The position numbers and the translations under genes were made by a program. From an uncultured Acidimicrobiaceae bacterium (GTDB taxonomy: Bacteria; Actinomycetota; Acidimicrobiia; Acidimicrobiales; RAAP-2): a stretch of 64,000 bases of DNA. Shown piece by piece: positions 48,421 through 58,058 of the stretch. Position 1 is the stretch's first letter, and each line of letters starts with the position of its first letter. The notes beneath the pieces were generated by a model that saw only the letters and a list, made by a program, of their open reading frames with translations, was not told the DNA's origin and made no database searches. Where the stretch lies: assembly GCA_963817005.1 (NCBI GenBank), contig CAWFMN010000004.1:1125358-1189357 (forward strand), in the 5' to 3' direction.

Positions 48421-49836
48421 GTGGACGGGCGCCGAGGGGCCGGGCGCTACGAGCCGGGTCTCGAGGAACGGCTCGATGCCCATGGGCGCACCATGGTGGC
48501 CGTGCGGGCCGGCCCCGGGGGCGGACGACCCCAGTTCTCGGCCACCGGTCGGCGGGCCCGGCTGCGACGGCTACTGGCCCACCGGCGGGACCGGAAGGAC
48601 CGAGGTCAGCCCGAGCCGGGTCCGGGCCGACCACTCCGGATCCTGTTCGTCGTGCAGCGGTACGGAGAGGAGGTGGCGGGGGGTGCCGAGCTCTGCTGCC
48701 GGCAGTTCGCCACCCGCCTGGCCACCCGCGGCCACCACGTCGAGGTGGCCACCAGCCGGGCCCAGAGCGCCGTCGACTGGGCTGATGTCTACCCGTCGGG
48801 GACGACCCGGCTCGCCGGCGTCACCGTCCACCGGTTCGACGGCACCGGGCCGCGGGACAATGACGCCTTCGACGCCAAGACCGTGAGCGTCCTGTGGAGC
48901 GGCGCCCTGGCGTCCACGGCTGAACAGCAGGAGTGGCGGCGCCTGCAGGGCCCGGAGCTGCCCGACCTGGTGCCATGGTTGGCCGAGCGGTCTCCCGGAT
49001 TCGACGTGGCCGTCCACTTCTCCTACCTCTACACACCGACGTGGGCCGGGCTGCCGGTGACCGCGCCGTTGCTCCCCACCGTCCTTCACGCCACCGCCCA
49101 CGACGAGCCGGCATTCTGGCTCCCGGTGTTCGACGACCTCTTCTCCCGGCCCACCCGCTTCGTGTGGTTCACCGAGGAGGAGCGAGACCTGCTGGTCCGG
49201 CGGGGCGCCCCCCGCCGCGGGGCGGTCGTGGGCATCGGTGTCGACCTCGAGTCCCCGGGCACGGGTTCGCGGTTCCGGACTCGATTCGGACTGGGCGACC
49301 GTCCCTACCTGGTCTGCGTGGGCCGGGTGGAGGCCGGCAAGGGCTCCGACGAGCTGGTCCACTTCTTCGAGGCCTACAAGGAGCGGAATCCGGGGCCGTT
49401 GGCGCTCGTGCTGGTGGGACCGGCCGGGGACCGCCGGGACCATCCCGACATCCTCTACACGGGCTTCGTTGACGACGAGACCCGCGGCGACGCGCTGGCC
49501 GGGGCGTTGGCACTGGTCCAGCCGTCGTTCTTCGAGAGCTTCTCCATGGTCCTGACCGAGGCGTGGGCCCAGGGACGGCCGGTCGTGGTCCAGGGCCGCA
49601 CCGACGTCCTGGTGGGTCAGGTGCGACGCAGCGGCGGCGGTATCTGGTACTCGGGGTTCGCCGAGTTCGAAGCGGTGGTCGACCTGTTGGCGGCCTCGCC
49701 GGGACTGGCCGATACGCTCGGGCGGGCCGGTCGGCGCTACGTCGAGCAGGAGTACCGATGGGAGACCCTCCTCGAGCGGTACGAGGGCCTGCTGTGGCAG
49801 ACGGTGGCCGCCGGGCCCTCACCGGGAGCGCGCTGA
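48421..49836 (+). CDS. GT4-type glycosyltransferase with an N-terminal extension
   Basis: ILFVVQRYGEEVAGGAE, VCVGRVEAGKG, VQPSFFESFSMVLTEAWAQGRPVVV. The start is uncertain: the first in-frame canonical start is GTG 48421. A GTG at 48327 overlapping the GT2 stop would need one more frameshift near 48390. Confidence 0.75.
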   Translation: MDGRRGAGRYEPGLEERLDAHGRTMVAVRAGPGGGRPQFSATGRRARLRRLLAHRRDRKDRGQPEPGPGRPLRILFVVQRYGEEVAGGAELCCRQFATRLATRGHHVEVATSRAQSAVDWADVYPSGTTRLAGVTVHRFDGTGPRDNDAFDAKTVSVLWSGALASTAEQQEWRRLQGPELPDLVPWLAERSPGFDVAVHFSYLYTPTWAGLPVTAPLLPTVLHATAHDEPAFWLPVFDDLFSRPTRFVWFTEEERDLLVRRGAPRRGAVVGIGVDLESPGTGSRFRTRFGLGDRPYLVCVGRVEAGKGSDELVHFFEAYKERNPGPLALVLVGPAGDRRDHPDILYTGFVDDETRGDALAGALALVQPSFFESFSMVLTEAWAQGRPVVVQGRTDVLVGQVRRSGGGIWYSGFAEFEAVVDLLAASPGLADTLGRAGRRYVEQEYRWETLLERYEGLLWQTVAAGPSPGAR

Positions 49837-49950
49837 CCGCACCCGTCGGCCGGGGTGCGGGTCTCGGCCGGGGACCCGCTGCTACGTTCTCCCAGTGACC
49901 AGCGTCGACGGCCCCCGGCCGGAACCCGGCCCCGCGTGACCTCGACCGAC

Positions 49951-51456
49951 ATGACGGGGACCGCCCCCCACGAGGCCGGCGGCCACCTGGCCGAGCCGAT
50001 CTCCGGCAACCGGATCGTGGCCGCCGTGCTGGCCGTGGTGGTCTTCATCATCGACATGGCCAGCCCGAGCGGCATGACGGCCGACCCCATCCGGGCGGTC
50101 AGCGTTGCCGTGAGCATGGTCCACTACCGGTCGCTCAGCCTGGACCGCTTCCGGCCGCTGACCGATCCCAGCTACGCCATCACCGTGGTCAACGGCCATA
50201 CCTATCCCCTCTTCCCCTGGGCGGTGTCCCTGTTCGCCGTGCCCTGGGTGATCGCCGACGATCTGGGCCACCGGCTCGGGCTCACCGAGGGGAGCGTGGC
50301 CATGGTGCGGTCGGGCCACGACTGGGGACTGCAGGTGGTGTCGATGGCCACCGTGGTGGCTGCGGCCACCGTCGTCGTGTACTTCATCGCCCTCCGGGTG
50401 CTCCGGCTGCAACCGCCGGCCCGCCGTCGGCGGTGGGCGGTGGCCGTGGCCCTGGCCTTCGCCCTGGGCACCCCGGCCTGGTCGACGGCCAGCCGGGCCA
50501 TGTGGCAGCACGGACCGTCGATGTTGTGCATCGCCGTCGGCCTGCTCTGCGCCCTGCGCGCCCAGTCCGGAGCACGGGGCTGGATGGGCATGGGGGCGGC
50601 TCTCGCCACCAGCTACGCCATGCGTCCGACCGACTCCATCGTCATCATCGTGATGGCCGCCTGGGTGGTGGTGGCCCAGCGCCGGCACCTCCTGGCCGTC
50701 GTGGCCGGGGCCCTCCCCCCACTGGTGATCCTGGTCGCCGTCGACCTGGCTGTCTACCACCAGGCCCTCAGTCCGTACTACACCGGGGGACAGTCTTTCG
50801 ATGTCAGCGGGACCACGGCCGTGGCCCTGGCCGGCAACCTGGTCAGCCCGGCCCGGGGCCTGTTCATCTTCTGCCCCTTGGTCGTCCTCTCGGTGGCGGG
50901 CGTGGTGGTGCGGTGGCGGGCCGGCGAGCTCACCGCCTTCTGGAAGGCCCTGGCCGTGATCCCCATCCTGCACTGGGTCGTCATCTCGGCCTTCAAGCAC
51001 TGGTGGGGCGGCGACTCCTACGGACCCCGCTTCTTCACCGACCTGGTGCCCGTGTTCGTGGTGCTGGCGTTGCCGGCCGTCGAGGTCCTGGCCCGGTGGT
51101 TGGCGCCGTCCCGGGACCGCCCGGCACCCGCCGACACCGCTGACGTGGTGGATACCGGGACCCCCGGACGGGCCGGACCCCGGCTGCGGTGGCGTCGGGC
51201 GCTGGTGACCCTGACCGTCGTGGCCCTGGTGTGGAGCGTCGGCGTCAACGCCCAGGGCGCCATTCTGCGGTCGGCGTGGTGCTGGAACAATGAGCCCACC
51301 TCGGTCGACGCCCATCCGTCCAAGCTGTGGGACTGGAGCGACCCCCAGTTCGCCCGGGGGCTCCGCACACTGGTCTGGGGTCCGGACCGGAGCTCGGAGT
51401 TCACCCGGGACGGGGTGGACCTGCTCGGCTGCCCCACCGAACCGGTGCGGCCCTAA
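49951..51456 (+). CDS. polytopic membrane protein, GT-C-like glycosyltransferase (ArnT/PMT/DUF2029-like)
   Basis: About 10 or more TM helices with a periplasmic-loop pattern (YPLFPWAVSLFAVPW, WQHGPSMLCIAVGLL, YAMRPTD, KHWWGGDSYGPRFFTDLVP). Last gene of the GT cluster. The family assignment is an inference. Confidence 0.55.
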   Translation: MTGTAPHEAGGHLAEPISGNRIVAAVLAVVVFIIDMASPSGMTADPIRAVSVAVSMVHYRSLSLDRFRPLTDPSYAITVVNGHTYPLFPWAVSLFAVPWVIADDLGHRLGLTEGSVAMVRSGHDWGLQVVSMATVVAAATVVVYFIALRVLRLQPPARRRRWAVAVALAFALGTPAWSTASRAMWQHGPSMLCIAVGLLCALRAQSGARGWMGMGAALATSYAMRPTDSIVIIVMAAWVVVAQRRHLLAVVAGALPPLVILVAVDLAVYHQALSPYYTGGQSFDVSGTTAVALAGNLVSPARGLFIFCPLVVLSVAGVVVRWRAGELTAFWKALAVIPILHWVVISAFKHWWGGDSYGPRFFTDLVPVFVVLALPAVEVLARWLAPSRDRPAPADTADVVDTGTPGRAGPRLRWRRALVTLTVVALVWSVGVNAQGAILRSAWCWNNEPTSVDAHPSKLWDWSDPQFARGLRTLVWGPDRSSEFTRDGVDLLGCPTEPVRP

Positions 51457-52412
51457 CCGGCACCGGCCGGTTCGACGCCGGTCCGCACCAGGACCCGGCG
51501 CACCCGGTGGTCGGCACCCTTCTCGAGGATGATGTCGGCCCGACGCCGGGTCGGCGCCACGTGGTCCCGGAGGTTGACCAGGTTGATCTCCGCCCACGAG
51601 GACGCGGCCACCTCGAGTGCCTCGGCCTCGGACAGTGAGGCGAGCCAGCGGAGGAAGTCACTGGGCTCGGGCCCTCGGTCGGAGCGGAGTGCCAGCAGTC
51701 GCTCGGTGTGCCAGTGGGCCAGGTCCTCCTCGTCGGCATCGACGTAGACCGCCAGATCGACCAGGGGGTCGGCCCGGCCGCGTTCGGTCGGCCCGGCCCC
51801 GGGAGGTCCTTGCAGCAGGGTCAGGCCCTCCACCACCAACAGGTCGGGGCGGCGGATCCACCGCACCTCCCCGGGGACGATGTCGTAGCTGCTGTGCGAG
51901 TAGACCGGGACGGACACCTCCGGCCGTCCCGACCGGACGGCCTCGAGGGCGGCGGCCAGCGCCGGGTGGTCGTAGGTCTCCGGGAAGCCCTTGCGACCGA
52001 GGAGGCCGCGCTGCTCGAGCACCCGGTTGGGGTAGAGGAAGCCGTCCGTCGTGAGCAGGTCGACGGTGGGCCGGGCCGGGCCGCCACGCAGCAGTCCGGC
52101 CAGGAGCCGGGCGATGGTGGTCTTCCCCACCGCCACGCTCCCGGTGATCCCGATGACCGGGACCGTGGTGGGTGTCCCGGCGGCCGGCCGTGCCTCGGTG
52201 GGACCTCCCGTTGGTGCCGCCCGCCGTGTTTCGATCCAGCGGGCCAGGGGAAGGTAGACCTCGAGCACCTCCACCGGATCGATCGGCTCCCCGGCCCCCA
52301 CCGACCGCGCCAGGCCGGCGTCGGTCGGACCACCGGCCCGGCGGCCCCGGGCGACCCACTGGTCCCGGGAGTACACCTCGAAGCCATGTTCCGGTCCGGG
52401 CGTCCCGTCCAC
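51453..52412 (-). CDS. coaA: type I pantothenate kinase
   Basis: VIGITGSVAVGKTTIARLL, TTDGFLYPN, GFPETYD, VPVYSHSSYDIVPG, LVVEGLTLLQ. Confidence 0.9.
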   Translation of the reverse strand: MDGTPGPEHGFEVYSRDQWVARGRRAGGPTDAGLARSVGAGEPIDPVEVLEVYLPLARWIETRRAAPTGGPTEARPAAGTPTTVPVIGITGSVAVGKTTIARLLAGLLRGGPARPTVDLLTTDGFLYPNRVLEQRGLLGRKGFPETYDHPALAAALEAVRSGRPEVSVPVYSHSSYDIVPGEVRWIRRPDLLVVEGLTLLQGPPGAGPTERGRADPLVDLAVYVDADEEDLAHWHTERLLALRSDRGPEPSDFLRWLASLSEAEALEVAASSWAEINLVNLRDHVAPTRRRADIILEKGADHRVRRVLVRTGVEPAGAG

Positions 52413-52771
52413 GATCAGCTGGCGGTGGGCGCCGGTCGCGGCGACCGGGCCCCGGAACCCCTCCGTCCGACGATCCGGCGCCTCGATCCGCCGGGCTCCC
52501 GAACGACAGGACCCGGAGGGTCGGCGTGAGGTGGTGGGTCGAGCTCGACCGTGCCCGTGCTCACAGGAACGAGGACGCCGTCACCGAGGGCCGACCGGGC
52601 CGGCCAGGACCACGGCAACCGGAGGGAGGACGGGGCCCGTCGCCTTCGCGCAGCATTGCCGCCAGCGTACGCCCGGGCCGGCGGACGGTGCGCCGCTGTC
52701 CGACAGGCCGCCCGGACCGGTCCACGCGGCCCGTTCGGCGCGGCCTGTGAGGCCTGGGGCAGGATGAGCCC

Positions 52772-53719
52772 ATGGCCCACGACCACACGTTCCGATTCGC
52801 CGCCCAGCTCAGCACCACGCCGGAAGGGACGGCCCGTTCGTGGGCCGACCAGGCCCGGCGGGCCGAGGACCTCGGCTACTCGGCCCTGCTCATGCCCGAC
52901 CACTTCGGCGACCAGTTGGCCCCCGTCCCGGCCCTGGCCGCGGTGGCCGCCGCCACGTCCACCCTCAGGATGGGTGCCCTGGTGTTCGGGAACGACTACC
53001 GCCATCCGGTGGTACTGGCCAAGGAGGCCGCCACCCTCGACGTGCTCAGCGAGGGGCGGTTCGAGCTGAGCCTGGGGGCCGGCTGGATGCGTACCGACTA
53101 CGCGGAGGCGGGGATCACCTACGACACCCCCCGGGTCCGGGTGGAACGGTTCGAGGAGTCGGTCCAGGTGGTCCAGGGCCTGCTGCGGACGGAGGGTCCC
53201 TTCTCCTTCGACGGCGCCCACTACCGCATCGCCGAGCACACCCTCCGACCCCGACCGGTCCAACGGCCCGGTCCTCCGCTCATCCTCGGGGGCGGCGGCC
53301 AGCGGGTGCTCTCCTTCGCCGCCCGCCACGCCGACATCGTCAGCATCAACGTCAACCTGCGGGAAGGAACCGGCGGGCCGGAGACGGCACCCAACGCCAC
53401 GCCGGAGCGCACCCGCCAGAAGGTGGCGTGGGTACGCGAGTCGGCCGGGGAGCGCTTCGACGACCTCGAGCTCAACGCCCTCATCGGGTTCGTGATGATC
53501 ACCGACGAGGCGGCCGGTATGGCCGAGGCCATGGCCCCCCACTTCGGCATCAGCCCCGAGGACGCCCTCCACATCCCCCTGGCCCTCCTGGGCACGCTGG
53601 ACGAGATGGCCGAGGAGCTCGAGTGGCGCCGGCAGGAGTACGGGATCTCCTACTGGTCCATCGAGGCGGACTGCTGGGAGGCCCTGGGGCCGGTGGTCAC
53701 CCGGCTGACCGGAACCTGA
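52772..53719 (+). CDS. LLM-class (probably F420-dependent) oxidoreductase
   Basis: GYSALLMPDHFGDQLAP, RMGALVFGNDYRHP, GRFELSLGAGW, PPLILGGGG; 315 aa. Confidence 0.8.
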   Translation: MAHDHTFRFAAQLSTTPEGTARSWADQARRAEDLGYSALLMPDHFGDQLAPVPALAAVAAATSTLRMGALVFGNDYRHPVVLAKEAATLDVLSEGRFELSLGAGWMRTDYAEAGITYDTPRVRVERFEESVQVVQGLLRTEGPFSFDGAHYRIAEHTLRPRPVQRPGPPLILGGGGQRVLSFAARHADIVSINVNLREGTGGPETAPNATPERTRQKVAWVRESAGERFDDLELNALIGFVMITDEAAGMAEAMAPHFGISPEDALHIPLALLGTLDEMAEELEWRRQEYGISYWSIEADCWEALGPVVTRLTGT

Positions 53720-53734
53720 GCACCGGGCGGGCGG

Positions 53735-56125
53735 TCAGAAGCCGAACGCCGTGCGCATATCGGCGGCGGTCGCCGCCAGCTGGAGCTCGGGCACCCCGGC
53801 CACGTCCTCTTCGGCCTTCAGCAGGCTGTAGTGGGTGAGGGCCACGGCCGACCGGGAGCCGGCGGAGACGTAGGGCGACATCACGATGGCGTCCACCGTG
53901 CTGGCCGTGTTGCCACTGCCCGACCCTTCGTCCCAGGCGATGACCACGGTCAGGCGGCCCGACCGGTAGTCGGGCCCGGCGGTGATCAGCGGGATCCACT
54001 GGCTCAGCCACGCGTCGCCCTGGGCGACGGTGCCGTCGTGCATGTCGTCGATGAGGTTCGGGGTCACCGTGGTGATGGTGGGCAGCGTCCCGGCCCGGAG
54101 GTCATCGAGGAGGCTGCCACCGGCGGTGGTGCCGAGGGGCACGTCGTCGGTGGCGCAGGACGCGCCGAGGTCGGTGTAGTAGACGGCCGGATTGTGACGG
54201 CTCACGTACTCGCCGCTGTTCGACCGCTGGCAGGCGTTCGGCATCGACTCGGCGTAGCTCTTCCACCGCGATGGGCCCACTTGGTCGTAGAGGTTCTCGT
54301 TGCCTGTCGTGCAACTGCTGGCCTGGCAGTCGCTGTTCCACGGCGAGCTGGCATAGCTGAGGCCGGAGGTGGCAGCCAGGTAGTTGGGGAGGCTCGGATG
54401 GGTCAGCGCCTGATAGTTGGTGGCCAGGCCGCAGGCCGACGCGTAGGTGCTGATGTGGGGGGCGGCCGACGGGGTGATGGCGCTCGAGCTGTGGTTCTCC
54501 TCCCAGATGACCATCATCTTGGACGTGGTTGGCGGGCCCGACGCCGTGCCGCAGTAGGCACTGGCCGATCCGGGCTGCGTCGTCGTGGTGGTGGTCGTGG
54601 TGGGTGGGTTCGTGGTGGGGACCGGGGTGGTGGTCGTGGTCGGTGGCGGCGTGGTGGTGATCGCGGGAGTACCCGATCCCGGCGTGGTGTACTCGAGGGT
54701 GAGCACCGGGGCGTTGGAGGTGCCGACACCGGCGAACCGCTCGACCACCCCCGGCGTGGTGAACGACAGGACCAGGCTGATCGGAGACGCGGCGCTCAGG
54801 CCGGTCAGCGGGATGGTCAGGGGGACGTTGGCCGCCGGGACGGTCGACGTGCCCAGCACGGCGCCCGTGCGTGGCGGCTGGGTGGCCCACGTCACGCCGG
54901 AGTGATCGAACGGCCCCTCGCTGCCCACCACGAACGACCCGCCGCGCCCCGACAACGGCACGAGGGTCAGGGAGGCGTTCAGGATCGTGGCTCCGCTGGG
55001 CACCACCGGGGTAAAGTCGAGCAGGGCCCGGTAGGCCCGGAACGAGGCGATGAGCGGGTCGGCTCCGTCGTAGTTGGCGGTCGGCGCACCGGCCCAGACG
55101 TAGGTGCCGGCGGTGGCCACACCGGAGATGGTGACGGGTGCCGAGGAGGAGGTGCCGGGGGTGGTGGGGGTCGGCGCCGGCCCTCCCGAGCCCCCGCCGG
55201 ACGGAGACGTCGGGGTGGGAACCTCGGCGTGCAGCACATCGAGGTAGCTCCCGTACCCGCTGGCACTGGACCAGGCGGTCGCTGACTCGACCGCGGTACC
55301 TTCACCCCACTCGTTGAACGTCGTCACCAACTGCAGCGGCTCGTTGCTGGCCACCATGTCGTTCACGTTCCGGGCCCAGGTGCTCAGGTTCCGGGCCAGG
55401 CGCGGCGCGGGCTCCCCGCTCTTGTAGAACCCGGGCGAGATGGAAAAGGCGTACCCACCCTGGTGGTCCTCGGCGCTCGACGGTGCGTACTGGTGCCACG
55501 AGCTGGCGTCCGAGGCGCAGGCGGTGTAGCCGCTGAACACCTTGAGCACGGTGTAGAACCCCTCCGTGGCGTTGGCCTGGCTCCAGCGCTGGGCCATGCC
55601 ACAGGCATCGGCCGGGTCGGCGTAGACGAAGATGACCGGCTTGCCGTCGATGCTCAGGTAATTGGGATTGCCGGCGTAGCGGTCCTTGATGTAGCTCAGG
55701 TCGCTCTGGATCTGGCTCACGCTCGGATCCCCGTAGCCCTCCGGCTCGTAGTACAGCGACCACTTGAAGCCGGTGCCGGCTGCCGCGGCCAGCTCGGCCG
55801 GAACCAGGCTGTCCTCCTGGGATCCCTGGCCCCACCACGAGGAGATTCCTGCGTCGAGATGGCCGTACTGCATGGCGGCGATCTGCCGGGCGATCACCGC
55901 GGGATCGGACGACGAGTAGTAGCCGGCCGAGGGCTGGTAGTTGGTGAACGGATCGACGCCGGACTGGTTCCAGGCGTTCGGGTACCACGGGTAGTAGAAG
56001 GCGGCACGGACAACGGGTGTGGCCGCCTGCGGTGCCGGCGTGGGTACCGCCACCGCCACGGTCGCCACCACCAGGACAGCGGCGACAAGAGCAATTGAAC
56101 GTTTGACGGTCACGAGTCTCAACAT
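53735..56125 (-). CDS. secreted three-domain protein: GH99-like domain, DNRLRE-type beta domain, phosphoesterase (AcpA/PLC-type) domain
   Basis: Signal/TM: SIALVAAVLVVATVAVAV. N-terminal: AAFYYPWYPNAWNQ..GYYSSSDPAVIARQIAAMQYGHLDAGISSWWG. Middle: TYVWAGAPTANYDG..ALLDF..ILNASLTLVP..SGVTWATQP. PT-rich linkers (TTTPPPTTTTTPVPTTNPPTTTTTTTT). C-terminal: MVIWEENHS, HPSLPNYLAATSG, RHNPAVYY, PNLIDDMHDG. Confidence 0.7.
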   Translation of the reverse strand: MLRLVTVKRSIALVAAVLVVATVAVAVPTPAPQAATPVVRAAFYYPWYPNAWNQSGVDPFTNYQPSAGYYSSSDPAVIARQIAAMQYGHLDAGISSWWGQGSQEDSLVPAELAAAAGTGFKWSLYYEPEGYGDPSVSQIQSDLSYIKDRYAGNPNYLSIDGKPVIFVYADPADACGMAQRWSQANATEGFYTVLKVFSGYTACASDASSWHQYAPSSAEDHQGGYAFSISPGFYKSGEPAPRLARNLSTWARNVNDMVASNEPLQLVTTFNEWGEGTAVESATAWSSASGYGSYLDVLHAEVPTPTSPSGGGSGGPAPTPTTPGTSSSAPVTISGVATAGTYVWAGAPTANYDGADPLIASFRAYRALLDFTPVVPSGATILNASLTLVPLSGRGGSFVVGSEGPFDHSGVTWATQPPRTGAVLGTSTVPAANVPLTIPLTGLSAASPISLVLSFTTPGVVERFAGVGTSNAPVLTLEYTTPGSGTPAITTTPPPTTTTTPVPTTNPPTTTTTTTTQPGSASAYCGTASGPPTTSKMMVIWEENHSSSAITPSAAPHISTYASACGLATNYQALTHPSLPNYLAATSGLSYASSPWNSDCQASSCTTGNENLYDQVGPSRWKSYAESMPNACQRSNSGEYVSRHNPAVYYTDLGASCATDDVPLGTTAGGSLLDDLRAGTLPTITTVTPNLIDDMHDGTVAQGDAWLSQWIPLITAGPDYRSGRLTVVIAWDEGSGSGNTASTVDAIVMSPYVSAGSRSAVALTHYSLLKAEEDVAGVPELQLAATAADMRTAFGF

Positions 56126-56386
56126 GGGTCCCCTCGTTTGATCGACCCATCAAGTATCGGCGGTCGGCACGGGTGCCTTGACCCGCGCCGGGCCCGAAAT
56201 CCGGACCAATCGCCCGTCAACGGCGGTGTTCACCAGCGGGAACGGAGGTCCCAGAAATTTCAGAATTTCTCCCCGTCCACCACGGTGGGCCACCAGAGAA
56301 CTACAGGCCGTGTTCGTTCGTGCCGATACCCCCAAGGTGGTCTCCACGGCCATCAGGGACAGACGGTGAAAGGAACGAGACAGGTC

Positions 56387-56683
56387 ATGGACATCTGGAA
56401 GACCAACGAGTTCGAGTTCGAAGTCGGAGACACCGAGCGTCACTCGGTCCGGTACCACTTCAACCAGACCCTGGGCGCCCTCCGCATCTGGGTGGACGAC
56501 CGCCTGGTCCTGCGCAAGTTCAAGCTCTTCTCGCTACACGCCACCAGCCGGTACGAGTTCGCGGTGGGTACCGAGGAGCGCCACAACGTGGCCATCGAGC
56601 ATTCTCGCAAGTGGGTGGTGGGCGGGCTCCGCGCCCAGACCTGCACCACCTTCGTCGACGGCCTGGCCGTCGGCACCTACTGA
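56387..56683 (+). CDS. small hypothetical protein (98 aa)
   Basis: ATG 56387 follows GAAAGGAA in a lower-GC leader: MDIWKTNEFEFEVGDTERHSVRYHFNQTLGALRIWVDDRLV. No family recognised. Confidence 0.5.
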   Translation: MDIWKTNEFEFEVGDTERHSVRYHFNQTLGALRIWVDDRLVLRKFKLFSLHATSRYEFAVGTEERHNVAIEHSRKWVVGGLRAQTCTTFVDGLAVGTY

Positions 56684-57657
56684 GCTGCGCCCCGTTCCGG
56701 CCCGGTGGGAAGCGCGGCCCGCCACGGGGTGAGATCCAGCCTCCGATAGCGAACAGCCACCTGGCCCAGCAGCTCCTCGGTCCAGATCGGGTGCCCGGGC
56801 GGAGGAAAGCCGAAGAGGGCCAACTCCCGAGGCGTGGCCTGTTCGGCAAAGGAGATCCACTCGGCCCCGGTGGAATCGGACTGGGCCTGGTCGTAGGCGA
56901 TCCAGTCCTGGCCCGCCCGCTTGAAGGCCAGGGCCAGCACGAAGCGGGCCGTTCCCTCCGAGCCGAACGGCGCGGCCCGGTGGAAGACGTCCGAGCGGTA
57001 GGCCAGGTACGAGCCGCGGACGCCGCTGGCTCGAACCTCGGATCGGTACAACGCCGGATCGGTGTCCGGCATGACCACCGGCGTGGACTCGCCGAGATGG
57101 GCCGAGTGGCGGACGGAGACCAACCGGGTGGGGTTGTCGTCGTCCCCCACATCCGAGAGGTAGAGGAATCCTTCGAGGTTCCACCACGGCGCCGCCGTGC
57201 CGGCGGGCAGCCAGGAGTGGTTCCGGTCGATGTGCATGGGCTGCTCGTAGTTGGTGACTCCCGAATACTTGGCACTGGCATGGGCCTGGTAGAGCCGGAT
57301 GTCGTCATCCTCCAGGGCCCGCTCGGCGAAGTCCACGATGGCCGGGTGCACGCACAGGCGGTTGAGTGCGCCGCCGCCACCGAAGGGGAACGCCGCCATC
57401 CACCGGTGCTGCGCCGGCCGGAACCCGGGGCCGTCGTCCGGCCACTGGAACACCTCGATGGGATCGGCCCTCGTCCCCCGCCACTCCCGGGTGACGCGCT
57501 CGGGGTCGGCGTGGTAGGCCGCCGGGGTCGGGAAGGCCTGGGCGAGGTCGTCGGCGGCGGCATCGACGTCCTCGGTGCCGACCAGGCCGTCGAGGAGCAC
57601 CCACCCGTCGCGGCGCCAGGTGTCGACCTCGGTCTCGGTGGCCCGGCGCGAGGTCAC
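56677..57657 (-). CDS. phytanoyl-CoA dioxygenase (PhyH) family Fe(II)/2OG oxygenase
   Basis: WRRDGWVLLDGLV, QPMHIDRNH (HxD), YRSDVFHRAAP (distal His); 326 aa. Confidence 0.75.
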   Translation of the reverse strand: MTSRRATETEVDTWRRDGWVLLDGLVGTEDVDAAADDLAQAFPTPAAYHADPERVTREWRGTRADPIEVFQWPDDGPGFRPAQHRWMAAFPFGGGGALNRLCVHPAIVDFAERALEDDDIRLYQAHASAKYSGVTNYEQPMHIDRNHSWLPAGTAAPWWNLEGFLYLSDVGDDDNPTRLVSVRHSAHLGESTPVVMPDTDPALYRSEVRASGVRGSYLAYRSDVFHRAAPFGSEGTARFVLALAFKRAGQDWIAYDQAQSDSTGAEWISFAEQATPRELALFGFPPPGHPIWTEELLGQVAVRYRRLDLTPWRAALPTGPERGAAQ

Positions 57658-58058
57658 CGGGTCGGTTCCCCGACCGGCGGCCCGGTCGTCCCCGGACCCG
57701 CACCCAGCGCCACCGCGTCTCCGACGGCGAACAGCAGCGCGGCGCCGGCGGCACCGACCGCCTCGACCCGCCCGATGGTGGAGGCCGCGGCGACGCTGGC
57801 CAGGACGTCGAGGGAGTCACTGGCCAGTCCGCCCGACGTCCACCGCCGGAGGTCGGCGTCGCTCCCGCGTCTCGCCGCCGCCACCGTACCTGCTCCGATG
57901 ACCAGGTCGCGGATGCCGATGGTCCGCATGAGCAGGATGGAGACCGGCGTGGGGGCCTCCCGGCCGGACAGCCGGAGGACCGCCGCGGGGGCCAGGATCA
58001 GACCGGCTCCCACCATGGCCCGGAGCCACCCCATGCGCTCGCCCGATGTGATGGCCAC
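57654..58058 (-). CDS. small hydrophobic hypothetical protein (134 aa)
   Basis: WLRAMVGAGLILAPAAV, IRDLVIGAGTVAAA, AVGAAGAALLFAVGDAVALG. Its stop overlaps the PhyH start by 4 nt. No family recognised. Confidence 0.45.
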   Translation of the reverse strand: MAITSGERMGWLRAMVGAGLILAPAAVLRLSGREAPTPVSILLMRTIGIRDLVIGAGTVAAARRGSDADLRRWTSGGLASDSLDVLASVAAASTIGRVEAVGAAGAALLFAVGDAVALGAGPGTTGPPVGEPTR

